From positions 434,001 through 498,000 of the forward strand of contig NW_026782015.1 of NCBI RefSeq assembly GCF_031769215.1: a stretch of DNA of 64,000 nt. The letters are read 5' to 3'. Source of the DNA: Ylistrum balloti (Eukaryota). Below, one piece after another: positions 24,274 through 37,206 of the stretch; within the stretch, counting starts at the first letter, position 1, and the number at the start of each line of letters is the position of its first letter. A program made the translations under genes and the position numbers. The notes under the pieces are model-generated. The model searched no databases, had not been told where the DNA came from, and was given only the letters and a program-made list of their open reading frames with translations.

Positions 24274-26803
24274 ATGTCGAAGTCAGGGACATTACAAGAA
24301 CGACCCAAACCACCGTCGTTTGAACATATGAAACAGGATGTTGAAAATGCTTCTGAGAACGACGTGGTTTTTCTCGCTGGAAATAGTAAGTATGAACGAT
24401 CGTGACTGCACACAAACAATTTACATGCATTTTGATGTGGCATGATATGTTATTGTTTAGCAAGTCACATAGGCATTATTGATTTTTAGGTCATCTGACC
24501 TGAAGGGTCCGATGACCTATAGTCATCATGCTTCGTCCGTCGTCGTCCGCCGTGCGCCGTCCGTAAACTTTTCATTCAAACGACTTCTTCTCAAATACTA
24601 GAAGGTCTAGGGGGCTAATACTTGGCACAGAGGATACTGGCATGGAGCTCTACCAAGTTTGTTCAAATGAATGACCTTGACCCACTTTAAAGGTCACAGG
24701 GGTCAAATATGTTAAAATCTTTAAACAACTTCTTCTCAATAACCAAAAGGCTCAGATTGCTGATATTGTGCCTGTGGCATGCTGGGATGAAGGGCTATCA
24801 AGTTTGTTTAAATGAATGACCTTGAACAACTTTCAAGGTCACAGGGGTCAAATATGTCAAAATCTTTAAATAACTTCTTCTCAAATACTAGAAGGCCTAG
24901 GGGGCTAATACTTGGCCCATAGCATGCTGGCATGGAGCCCTACAAAGTTTGTTCAAATGAATGACCTTGGCCCACTTTCAAGGTCACAGGGGTCAAATAT
25001 GTTAAAATATACAAAGGACTTCATCTCAATAAGCAAAAGTCTATGAGTGCCGATATTGGGTCTGTAGCATGCTGGGAGGAAAGGCTACCAAGTTTATTTA
25101 AATGAATGACCTTGAACAACAGGGGTCAAATATGTCAAAATCTTTAAATAACTTCTTCTCAAATACTAGAAGGCCTAGGGGGCTAATACTTGGCCCATAG
25201 CTTGCTGGCATGGAGCCCTACAAAGTTTGTTCAAATGAATGACCTTGGCCCACTTTCAAGGTCACAGGGGTCAAATATGTTAAAATATACAAAGGACTTC
25301 ATCTCAATAAGCAAAAGTCTATGAGTGCCGATATTGGGTCTGTAGCATGCTGGAAGGAAAGGCTACCAAGTTTATTCAAATGAATGACCTCAACCCACTT
25401 TCAAGGTCACAGGGGTCAAATATGTTAAAATATACAAACGACTTCTTCTCAACAAGCAAAAGTCCATGAGTGCTGATATTGGGCCTGTAAGATGCTTGGA
25501 GGAGAGGCTACCAAGTTTGTTCAAATGAATGACCTCAACCCACTTTCTAGGTTTGGCTTGCTTTTTGTCAGATGACCGTTAAGGCCCATGGGCCTCTTGT
25601 TAGGTCACCTGAGAAAAAGTCTCATGGTGACCTATTACGATTACCTTCACCCAGCATCGTTCGTAAACAATTTAACATTTTTTACTTCTTCTCAAAAACT
25701 CCTGATCCAATTTCAATGAAATTTTGGAGAAATCCTCCCTTGCCTAAGATAAACCAAAATTGTGAATTATACTGTTCTCACCCCACAGGATGGGGCCAAA
25801 AGGGGTCAAATTGACTCGGATTTCAAAAATCTTTTTCTCAACATCCAGATAAGGTAGAATCAAATACTCTTCACGAATGGAAGCATCTTCAGGTGCTTTA
25901 CCAAAATTGTGAATTTCATTTTTGTAGTTTCTATAGGAAAACTAGTATTTTAGCATAATTTGTTTAATTTCCATTGGAAATATTTCAAACTTGGTAAGAA
26001 TTATGAGTGAAGGATGACGGCTTGACGATATGTCCATATTTATCCTGGCTGACCCCAAAGGGGCTGATGGGCAGGCCCAGTAGAGTTCAAATTGACTAAA
26101 ATTTTTTAAATCTTTTTCTCAACACTCAGGTATGGTAGAAACAAAGGTACTTTTTTTTAAACTTTACAGTAATTTTCATAGAAAAATTGCATTTTGAGCA
26201 TAACATTGGTCATCTCCCACTATCTTTATCAGAATTTTTAGTATAGGATGAGTTTTATGTTTCGCATGTATTGACTCTGGCTTACCATGTTCATTATCAC
26301 AGTTTCTGTATCATGACACTTGATAACTACCCTTTAACCTTTATATTCAATACTGCTTGCCTCAGGTGACCATCAAGGCCGCTAGGCCTCTTGTTGTTTA
26401 TAGTGGGTTAATGTTTTTGTTTCTTATATAGTGATTTTTTTTGTTCGTCCGCTCTTGTGGTTCTTTCTCATGTAAAATACTGGCTACAAATAGTTTTGCA
26501 ATTGTAATTTCAGATGCTTTGAGTAACAGCAATATTGCAATGATCGAATCTTTTATGGAGTTATCGCCTTTGGACCAAAAGTCATCCAATGATAAATTGG
26601 CAGAAGGTGTTGATGTGACATGTGTTACAGAGGAAGTAGATAAGTCTTTCCAAGATACGTTAGAGCTGGTAAGACTCAACAAGATCCTGACTCAGGCTCC
26701 AAAAGAGTTGGAGGACAAATACAACAGTTTACAACAGCTTGGAGAGGACATCACTAAGTCCATAACTAAACTACAAGAATCAACAGAGGCTATTAAATCA
26801 TGA
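24274..26803 (+). CDS. C19orf25: UPF0449 family protein (C19orf25 homolog), 2 exons, 133 aa
   Basis: Exon 24274-24385 (AATA|gtaagt) joins 26514-26803 (tttcag|AT) in phase 1. LQERPKPPSFEHMKQDVENASENDVVF resembles human [27 protein letters not shown], and the C-terminus looks coiled-coil. Confidence 0.8.
24483..25601 (+). mobile_element. Non-autonomous Helentron (HINE-like) element with internal tandem repeats
   Basis: 5' subterminal AGGTCATCTGAC is inverted at the 3' end (GTCAGATGACCG), followed by the hairpin GGCCCATGGGCC and a TT flank. A GTCC/GTCG microsatellite lies near the 5' end, and the centre is a tandem array of ~120-bp subunits (TTCAAATGAATGACCTTG...GGTCACAGGGGTCAAATATG). Confidence 0.75.
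25600..26395 (+). mobile_element. Second Helentron/HINE-like element directly abutting the first
   Basis: 5' AGGTCACCTGAG and 3' CTCAGGTGACCA subterminal inverted repeats, 3' hairpin GGCCGCTAGGCC, and the same GCCTCTTGTT terminus. Confidence 0.7.
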
Positions 26804-28667
26804 TACCACATCTCATTAAAACTAGAAGAAATTTTACAGAAGTGACCATACTGTGACAGTAATATTTTTGCAACAGGAATCTTTACAAAATTCATCAAAC
26901 CTGTGCCAATCAACTGAAATCTGATCAGAAGCTATGGAATATTTTATTGTATCATCATTAAGACTTCAGAGAAGTAATAAAATACTAACACTGTATTGCA
27001 GGATATAATATTTAATAAATTATTGTTTTTGCAATGTATTGAAGTTTTTTAGTATTTATTAGTAGGTCCATCATTTTTAGTTTTTCAGAATCTGAAGAGA
27101 TGATTTTACTCTGATATTGGTCATCATGTGGAGATTTTGGTTTTTCCAGTTTTCCCTACTTGGCTTCACCCCTATGCCATTTGATACATAGAACTGATTT
27201 CCCTTCACACAAGGTTGCTTCATATCTAATTTGGAAAAAAATCCTGTCATTCTCACCAGAAAATTTCAGATTATATGCAAATTTTCCTTTATCTGGCCCG
27301 TCCCTCGCGCATCTGCCCCAAAATGTTTAGATCCACTGTTCATACAAAATTGTGTCCCCATCACCTGAGGATGTTTCACATAAAATTTGAATACCTACAT
27401 CCCAGCTGAAGGAGTTTAAAAGTTTTTCCAATTTCCCCGCCTTGGCTCTGCTCCTCTTTCCCTATGTGATTTTGGGATTAAAATATTTGAGTCTTAGACT
27501 CATGCGTTTCCTGTGGGACTTGCTCAAACTTAAAGAACCACTATGTATATCTGTTTGTAAATGAACCTGTCAAAATTTTGAAAATAGTGCTCTGGACTCA
27601 CCACAAGAAATCCAGTAAAAATTATAATTACTGCCTTCAGAGCCTGACCGGCATCTCATACAAAAATGATTCCCTTTCATACACTAATTCTTCAAACCAA
27701 ATTTTGTCAAATTCCTATTACTCTAAAGAAGAATTGTAATTGATACATAATTTCCCCATACTGAGCCCCACTTCTCTAGACACTTTTTATATAATATTAG
27801 TTTCCTTTCCCCAAATGCTTTGGATAAAGTCTGGCTGAGTGATTCATGACTGGTACTAATTTTTAGATGAAGCTGATAGACAATGCTGCACCATGGCATA
27901 GGTCCACAGGTCTGGCTTTGAATGGCTGTAACTTTTTTGGTCATACCTTAATTCAATGGTAATACATTCAAGAAATCAGTTAATAAAAAAAAGTTCATCA
28001 GTCCAACAATCTCAACAAAGCATCTTTAAAGTGGTGAGAATGGTAAGGTAAATAGTGTGTCCCCTTTAACAAAATAAAACAACACAAATTGTTTCACAGT
28101 AAAATGTTTAGTAATGCTGAATTCTAATTAAAACATTGAGTTATGAAGCACATTTTCATACAACACACACATACATTTATGATGTTGAGCTAACCAAAAA
28201 CATTAATTTTCTTGCAAGTCATTGTGTTTCTTACAAGATACCTTCACACAGGATCATGCTTTTTCTATGCTACCCAGTATACTCAAAGTGTCTACAGAGA
28301 TTTACTACAAACATAGCCACATAACTGCACCCTTACAATGTGGCTACAAAGCTGTACTAGTAACATTGAGCCACAGAACTACCTGGGATACTTTTACAAT
28401 GTGGTAACAAAATTGTACAACTGTAATAGAACTGTGAAATCTTATACCTGCAGAGAGATATTGCACCATATTGTACTGCATGATTATCGAGGGCTCTGCT
28501 AACTGAGCCAATGAAGTATGCCCTGTCAGCGGTGTTACAGTTATGTAGACCTTATTTGACAGTTAATTACAAGCATATTGACCCAGTCCTTTTACACTAC
28601 ACTAACATATTGCCATACAACTACCCTGGGCCTGTATACTCTAATGATGTGGCTAAAAAGACTAACG

Positions 28668-31600
28668 TTAAGATGAGTCAAACAGCTTGTTGAGTTCCTG
28701 TGATATTTCTTTAACTCTTTCTAAAATGCAGTCTTTTTCTTCTTCCTTGATGCGGTGTCCAAGCTTTTGGAGAAACTTGTCGGGATGCCACCTGATTTGT
28801 TGCTCCCGGAGATACTTCCGATATGTCTCCTTATCTGATGGAGCTATGTCACAGAATAGTCTTTTACTGATATCTGTTACTTCTGACTCAAAGGGCCATG
28901 GAATGTCATTAAAACCTATAAGTTCTACATCTTTACTTGAAAGTAAAGTCTTAATATTTTCCTCATAGTCTTGTTTTTTCTGTCTGATTCGTAATTCCTT
29001 AATTCTCCTTTGTTCATCATCATATTTCTGTTTCATCTTTTCGCGAGCTTTTTCCAAATCTTCCTCTGCTGTAGTTTTCTTGTTTTTGGGCTCTTCTTTA
29101 GATCTCTGGCCGGTGTTACTGTATTTACGTTTGTTATGAACTTCCCTGGCCATCCTCTCACACCACTCATCATAGGTCTCCTCATTAAAATCTCCTTCAA
29201 AGTATTCTGTAAATAATCAATTAAAACAGGTTAAGCTTATCTGTAAGTACATTTATGATTAGAATTAAAGATAATTTGATGATCTAAGTAAAACTCTTGC
29301 AGTGAATATTTTTAATATCAACACTTTCTTATTCATAACCTCATTTTAAAGTATATAAAAGTTTAATCTCATACCCTATAACCCAATCCAAATTACAAGA
29401 GACTGACTTTACATTCTTTCACCAGAACTGAGTTACTGGACACCTTCAGTCACTTTATGTAAATTAGATATAGAGAAAGTCCTCTACCTGAAATAAAACC
29501 TGACAGCCTGACTTTACTTGTACAAACAAACTAAAGCCCTTCAATCTAAAACTTTCCTTCTCACAACAAGAGGCTCACGGACCTTAAGAGTCACTTAACT
29601 AATCTCAAACAATCTCAAACTGCAAAAAGTGCAAAGGGCCATAACTCAGTAAAATGTAATTAAATCTGTTCCATTGTCAAACTCTTTTGTGATCCTATTC
29701 ATATAAGGCTGCATACAGTTTCATTAAAACCAAATATTCACTCAAGTTATAAAGTGAACAAGGTCCATGGTAATAAAACTGCAAAGGGCCATAACTCTGT
29801 AAAATATAATCAAATCAGTTCCATTGGCAAACTCTTTTGTGATCCTATTCATATAAGTCTGCATGAAAAGTTTCATTTAAACCTAATATTTACTCAATTT
29901 ATCAAGTTAACAAGGTCCATGGTAATAAAACTGCAAAAGGCCATCATCTGTAAATTTTGATGAATCAATTCCATTTTCAAACTCATATAAAATCTTATTG
30001 ATATAAAGCTGTACACCAAGTTTCATCAAAATCTGCACATATGTACTTAAGGTATGTTATTCACAAGGTCCAATGATAGTAAAACAACAAAGGGCCATAA
30101 CTCTGTGAATTACCATCAAATTGGTGCCATTGTCAAACTCAAGATCTTATTGAATATTGATACAAGTCTACATAACACAAGTTTACTCAAAATCAGTTCA
30201 AATATACAGGTATTCATGTTATTGTGCTCACAAGAAAAAGTTAATGCATATCGACAGACAAACAACAATCCCTATAGGTCACCATAATCTTGATCTATTG
30301 TCAGGAGACCTAAAAACCAGTGACTCTGATTTTCATAACCTGCTCAAACAAACTTATTACAAACATTGATTTTCACACCCTATTGCCCACAAAAACTTAC
30401 CAGAGACTTTGATTTTCATGCCCTCTTGCTCACACTCGTAGTGATATTCCTGGAAAATCTTTTGTTGCCATTCATGTTCTGATGGAGAAGAACAGTCGAC
30501 TGTCTCTGGTGCCTCAAACCATGTCTGAAACTGCCCAAAGGAAAAATAATATAATTACAAAAATATTTATTCAACCTTTTGTGTCATACTTTTCATGCAC
30601 TATGATACAGTACACCATGAACAATTGCTTACTATTTAACAGAACTCTGTAATGAACTCTATTCATAATTGTTATAAATGGTTTTTAACAAGAAATCCCA
30701 AAGGGATCTTGGTTTCCACCAATGTATGATCTTTGTTGTTACATTAAGGTGGATATTTCGCTGATTGCTGAATATATAATATGGTAGCTTTGATGAACAA
30801 GGGAAACAACAATTGAAAACAGAAATTGTATTAGCAATCTACAAATATCCCTATCCAAGATGGCCACATATCCACCATTTTCTTATTCTTACATGACCAA
30901 CCTACCTGCAAAACCCTAAAAATATCATAACTTCCTCTTTCCCCCCGCCCAAGCCCCCAACATTTTCTCCATACTCAAACAACAACAACCACAACCCTTC
31001 CCCCTAGTAATCAGTGTTAAAATTTCAAACAGTACTTCCTGGTTTGATGATTTCTGACGTTGTTGTTTTTCCACAAGTCGGTCTAACAGATCCCTACAGC
31101 TTGTCCCATAATCATCAACCTCTTCAGTCAGAAATGGACATTTCTCTAGCTGTGGCAGGATCACTTCATTATAAACTGTAACAAATATGTAATACATAAC
31201 AGATATTGTGGTCACTATCACATTATCGTTAATAAGTGGTCGTTGGGACTGTAGGAAGTGGTCGTAATACGGAATAGCGGGGTGGTCGCAATACTGAAGC
31301 GACCAATACAAAGATATATAGTGGAAAAAAACGGGACTGAAAAAAAGTGCCCGTAATAGCGGGGTGGTCGTAATTTTGAGGTGGTCGTTAGGTGAGGTTT
31401 CACTGTAGATAAATTTTGCATACAATATCTATATGATTACTACTACACATTCCAACCACTTTAAGTCATCTTTTTAGATATATTTTTAATACTTTCATAT
31501 CTAATTTGCATGAGGATTCAAGGAAGTTACTTTTGCTTCAGGAAACTACACATAAAACAGAAACCAATATGATTATGTTTTTATATCAGAACATTGATCG

Positions 31601-32809
31601 ATAAAAAACCTCCCTCAACTAGACAAATGTAACAGAAGTCAACATTCATTTCAATGCCTTCATTAGGATTGGAAGCTGGAACCTCAGCCTTACAAGTCTT
31701 CAGCTAAACCAATCAAGCTAAAGAGAAGTTCTCTCACGCCCAGCGATATACTGCTTATAGTATTTACCAGGGTTACATAATCCTCCTCCAGGAAAGAACT
31801 GGTCCTTATTCGAGCTAAAGAGCAGTATTTTGTGGCTAGTATTTACCATGCTTACATAAATATCCAGTGAATGGTCAGTTCAGAGTTTACTCTATTACTT
31901 ACCTGTGTGAACATTGGTGCATGATTCCTTGAGTGCCCGATGGAGAGCTAGGTGTACGGGTGTATTACCATCTTCATCTGTACTATAGGGATTCACACCC
32001 ACTTCTAGTAAATACCTGTAACATCATAACTCAGCCTTCATTACAAGGCTTAAACAACAGACATTATCATGATTGACAGATAATGGAAAATTATTGAAAA
32101 ATAATAGATCATGGTAATGAAACCATTTAAATGCAACAAAAATTGCAAAGATCACTGATTCATATATCATGAATGATTCAGAGACATAAGAAATGTACAG
32201 TTCAAGAGTGTTTCCTATGTAAAAATGTTAATTCATTGCCAGTAATTTACAGCTAGCACCCTTGAAAGGGATCAGTGGGATTCAATTAAAAGAAAATACA
32301 AATAGATTGAAAGCTTCTAAAAACAATGATTTTAAAATTTACAAAATTATCAATGAAAGAAATAGACAAGTAGCTTAAACTTTTTTCCAGATGGTGCATG
32401 AAATTGATTGCAATCAATAATAAAATTACGTTCAATTAACAATAATGAAACTGGAATGGATTCTTATCACTATGACAATACAAGGTGATCCGAGTAATAT
32501 TTTTCATTAATCTAAATAAGACACCTAATGGGCTTATATCCCTTTATCACAAGGTCATGATATTTAACACATTCACAGTATCTCACTATGAACCATGTCT
32601 ATCATGTAACAACAAACTCACCGACACACACCACCAAGTCCATATTTACTACAATAGTGGAGAAGATTGCGGCGTTTGGAGAGTTCTACAGTTGAGAGGT
32701 CAATGGTATGCTTGGCTACATATGACCTCATGCGAGAGGGTCTGTCCTCCTTGATGTAACGCTTTAGTTTATAGAGTTGACAGTGTGAACATTTTTGTTT
32801 CCCCATCAT
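28668..32809 (-). CDS. NFKBIL1: NF-kappa-B inhibitor-like protein 1 (IkBL), 5 coding exons, ~369 aa
   Basis: Phase-consistent exons 32809-32622, 32015-31903, 31175-31036, 30530(or 30524)-30401, 29206-28668. Ankyrin-like NLLHYCSKYG and DEDGNTPVHLA; acidic EWQQKI/YDEWCERMARE; C-terminal FNDIPWP...YRKYLREQQIRWHPDKFLQK...VKEISQELN, as in NFKBIL1. Confidence 0.9.
29563..30317 (-). mobile_element. Helentron/HINE-like element, inverted relative to those at 24.5-26.4 kb
   Basis: Begins AACAAGAGGC (reverse complement of the GCCTCTTGTT terminus) and ends CAGGAGACCTAAAAA. Internal repeats of AAGGGCCATAACTC.GTAAAA. Confidence 0.65.
30318..30400 (-). repeat. Two degenerate ~42-bp copies of the NFKBIL1 exon end after the donor
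   Basis: Exon GAGCAAGAGGGCATGAAAATCAAAGTCTCTG|GTAAGTTT is followed by GGGCAATAGGGTGTGAAAATCAATGTTTGTAATAAGTTT and GAGCAGGTTATGAAAATCAGAGTCACTGG. Confidence 0.7.
31205..31407. mobile_element. One end of a Tc1/mariner-pogo-like MITE in an NFKBIL1 intron
   Basis: Minus strand reads TA-CAGTGAAACCTCACC..., with repeated GTGGTCG subterminal motifs. Only one terminus is visible. Confidence 0.5.
31625..31780 (-). mobile_element. Degenerate tRNA-derived SINE
   Basis: Minus strand has A-box-like TAGCTTGATTGG and B-box-like GGTTCCAGCTTCCAATCC. Confidence 0.4.
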
Positions 32810-33959
32810 TTAATAACACTGCAATAAAACCAAATCTTCAAATCATGTTTTGTTGATTAAGTTAATTACAAGCTGTTCACTTGTTCCTATCATAATAAAT
32901 GCAACTATAAATACAATCTTAACTTAACTGATCAAGAAGTTCATAAATATATTTATATAAGTGCGCGTGTGTTTGTGATTGTTTTTGATTGCAGATTACT
33001 GAACAATTTATGAAGAAACATGCTAGCATTATATGTCACCAGTAAACTGTTAAACGTCGCGATAAAAATGGTAAAAATTACTGCATCTATTAGAAATTAA
33101 TCTAACTGTTCTGTAAAAAGTGTATCAGGAATTAACTACGATCCTATATGCGAGTAGAAATCTTTATTTTCATACTAATTTTCATTTGTTTACATCACAC
33201 TGTTGTCTGTTAAAAGCGTTGGCGGTCTCGAGCTGCACTGTGATATGTTCTGATATACCGTTTGAGTTTCTCCCTACCTTTTTGTCGTCAAATTGCTGTT
33301 TAAGACGATATTTTACCCACAAATTCATCTTTAAAACTCCACACATTGCATTTCTACTTTCTGATTAAAAATGTACGAGACGTCTTTCCGTCCCGTCGTC
33401 TGAATCAACTTCCGATGAGCCTCGAAATGAAACCGAAAGTAATCTATTTTTAAAAGAATTACGATAGCGTTAAACTACTGGGCATTAAGACAGGAACGGA
33501 TGCGATTACTAGTACAGACAATAACTCATATATTACAATGTTCATATTAAAAATGGTAGCGTAGCCAGTCATATATTTTTTATATGAAATGCTCAGCGAA
33601 GTCTTCTTTCCGTCAGGAGCAAATGCACTTGAATTGTCAAATCATTACTATACATTATGCAATGTAATGCTATGTAATGTAATGGGTACACTCTACATAC
33701 AGTACATGTGCTTTGAGAACTTCCAAACTGTGTTATTCGCGGTACATGTGTTATCACTAAGACTTTCGACGTTACATGCAATTTAATATTGTATACTTAA
33801 TTCACAGTTAAGCTACAGGTCCATATGTAATCACACATAAATATATATGAATGAATGATACTATGGATTCCAACCTGCACAATCTGGATTGCGTCCTGCT
33901 CGCTCTTGCGAATCTCTCCTCAACCCCTTCACCCAAAACATAGCCTGTAATCAAGGTAG

Positions 33960-35318
33960 ACCAACTGCGTGATAGTATGGATTTTGTATGACCAAGAGGT
34001 TTCGCACAGATATTTCCTACGTAAACTATGTTACTATAGGGTATAAGCAACAACAAATATCAAACCCAAATCAAATCCTAGTAAAACCCAATTTGACCCA
34101 GATTGACTTGCACGGACCTCTACCTACGAGTTATTCCTATGTGTTTACATCCATTGACATGTTTTCTTAATACGTTTGGACCTGTTCCATTGCTTATTCA
34201 GACGCATTGATACTTGGAATGGCTATCTACCACTTAGTGACAACATTTGGGGTATACGATACTTAGGTGTCTGACAACGGTTCCGAATTTATTGCGAAAG
34301 CGAAACAGGAAACTTGCCGTTTGCTCCAAATCCAGCAGAACTTCACTCCCAGCTTTGTCCACAAATGTTTAGGAGCTTGTGAGCGTACCTACCGTGTCTT
34401 AGCTGAAAACACTTACCCCATACATGACTAAGACTAAAGCTAATTGGGAGCAAATCTTGCCATCTATCGTGTTCTCTATGAATGCTGCTGTTTACAAACC
34501 GGACAACTTAATACTCACTTTTGAAATCCTGTTTGGCCAACGCCCAACCTTTCCATTGTCACATATATCATCTGATCTTACCACAGTATGCGTATGTCTC
34601 CGACCTACAGAAACGCTTGTAACTCGTTCACACTCACATATCTGAAAATATTTCTCCTTCACAGACTGACATGTCGAAACTGAAAGCAAATTTGAAAAAC
34701 CATGAGAAACTCCAAGCAGGAGATTATGTCGATCGACAGAAAGAGCCAACAGATATAGGACAAAAACTGCAGAACATTTATTCTGATGTTATGGTTGTCA
34801 AGGAAGTTCTATCCTCACATCTTGTATTGCTATCTGAGCCTCTCTATGGGAAGACTCACCATAATCCAGTACATAATGACAGACTCAAAGCTGCTCATAT
34901 TCATTCGCAAACACCTACCAATTGCTTTCGCATTGTGTCTAATGTAAAAGTAGATCAGTCTGTACAGACCGAGGATCATTCAGTACATGTGAATCAGGGA
35001 TTGCCCTCCGATAGTGCCTCCGATGTTCATACTCCAGGCTTCTTTGGCACTGTCACATCCAGGTTTTCTGCTATTACACATGAGATATCTTCGTCAGATC
35101 AGGAAATCCTGCACCCTCTCGTTACTGTGACTCTAGTTTTGTTAGTTTGGATACTTTCACCTCCTCAGAAACCTCAGACATTGCGTTCTATAAAATCAAA
35201 CGTATTCTTGCACAAAGAAAATTTGGAATATTTGGTTCAGTTTCGAGCAGAACCTGCACAGAATGCCATGTGGCTTAAACCCCAGGCTCTCAATTCTCAT
35301 GCCCTAGAAAATGTTTGA
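33960..35318 (+). mobile_element. Decayed Gypsy/Ty3-type (or Ginger-like) integrase relic with a chromodomain-like C-terminus
   Basis: IDLHGPLP, YVFTSIDMFS*YV, DNGSEF, GACERTYRVL, WEQILPSIVFSMN and FEILFGQRP match the rve D,D,E core, with stops and frameshifts. The 34671-35318 ORF ends EYLVQFRAEPAQNAMWLKPQAL. No RT or gag is visible. Confidence 0.85.
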
Positions 35319-36712
35319 AAAATCCTCCAAAGATTGCGAAAATTTAGATTATTTTCATTATATCAAATATAGCTAGTTTATATACATGTACCTCCAAAGG
35401 ACATTAGTAGAACACGTTGTTAAAATTTACCTGACATGATCTTTTCATTACAAATTTATATGCAGTATTATAATATGAATTAAACAATCCCTAGTTTCAC
35501 TTTTGTGGAATCCAATTTATCATTTCTGGTTCCCTTTTCATTGTATATACCTTATATTTTGCTGCATCGATCGGCTTATGATTTTCATTGATTCGTTATT
35601 GATTTAAAAATTCCTTTTTTCATATGTATAAGTAATGATTCATTGATTTTTTAAGTTGAATGAATTGAAATTTTTTTTATGTTGCCATAGTAAATGATAT
35701 TTTTGTAATTCACGATAAGCACAATTTGACAGTTTCCAGTATTCAAATTATAATCATTTTTTAAAAAGTTTTATTAAACTTGAATATTGAATTGGATTCA
35801 TATGTATGATTCTTGTTGATTGAATAGTGTGTGTAATAAACTGTTGTAAATAATTTCCTGTTCATCAATTAGTATTCCAGAGATTGATTTCACTGTCGGG
35901 CTTTTGATTATGAGTTAGATCCAGATTTCATTGGTTATAATAGTTTATGAAACAACAAACCTTACATTTCAATTATTGTTTATTGATTATTTACATGTCA
36001 TGAATTATTTCCTTCGGGATTCTTTGACTGATTACAGGTACCAATTTACACTTACATAAATCGACTTCTCCCCCATGTTGTTACTAGTTTATTGACTTAT
36101 GTACCTTGTTTACATCTCATACAATCAGTATGTATACATGCCAGAAATAATTTTGTCGTAAGATTATGTGGCATTTACGCGGTTACCTGTATGGTTGTAA
36201 CTGCCAACATTGATATTTTCCAATGTATATATCTACCACTGGCCATGGTACACAACGTTCTATCTATATTGGTGTTTGTATCTTATATTAATTCAGGTAT
36301 GGTTTGAAACGACTCCTAAGAAAAGAGCGCCATTCAATTATGTGCAATCTACTGGAAAAAATGGAGTGAAAATGTTTGATTTGAAGTATTGTTATATGAT
36401 CAAATAATTTTTGAAATTTTATTATGGATTTGTACACTACTGCCCACTGCTGTACTGTTGTTACAGATATGAAGTTTGGACAATTGTCTGTGGGAACTTG
36501 TGAGATTTATCAGGATGCATTTATATAATATGTTAACAAATTTCTAGTCACTCTGTAAATGTATATCCAAAACAGATTTCGTAAGAATTCTACTTGGTCC
36601 TTGTATGTATAAGATCAATCTACTTTTTTCAATTTTTCATACTTGCTCTTCTTGCATTTTCCATGTCTTAAAAAAGTAAAATTGACATCTCAATCTTGAT
36701 TTTTTTTTTTTT

Positions 36713-37206
36713 GGGGGGGGGGGGGCTGGGATGTTGTATTCCTGTTAAGCAGACGTGGAAAGTGCATAAATAGCTCAATCAAAATCTATATAAATAATTT
36801 CAGAATTCAAATTATATATAGGTTTAATTCCGGATATTTGGTACATTTGTTTCTAAATTAACAATCTCCGCCAATCTAGATACTTTGTTGTTTTGTTTTG
36901 TATGTTAGTCTTTAGAAGAAAAAATAAAATGGAAGAACATGCTCATGATCAACAACTTTATTTCCCTTGGAGGGCCTAGCGGAATGATTGTTGCTATAAA
37001 TGTACACATAAATTAGTCAGTTCTCCTCTCAACCAACACCATCAAACCGTCTACATCACTCATGCATGTCACAATATTCAATATAGTGATCCATCAATCC
37101 TATGAAATACGACCCTTTCCCTTCTCGCCTCTTCTGGTCCAGCATGCCTTACACATTTCACTCCCTTGTTGAAACCCTAACCTAAAAAACAAAATAACTC
37201 TTAACA
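36713..37206 (+). mobile_element. Possible polypurine tract and 3' LTR of the Gypsy relic
   Basis: A G-run at 36713-36724 is followed by TGT, and a TATAAAT and CA-ending segment lie downstream. No matching 5' LTR was found. Confidence 0.25.

Noticed and set aside
30925-31425. 166-aa ORF as a single exon
   Set aside because: Only 31175-31036 is NFKBIL1 exon. The rest is read-through into a MITE fragment and intron.
1200-31780. Functional tRNA genes
   Set aside because: The three tRNA-like segments are degenerate, lack intact cloverleaf stems, and are better explained as SINEs.
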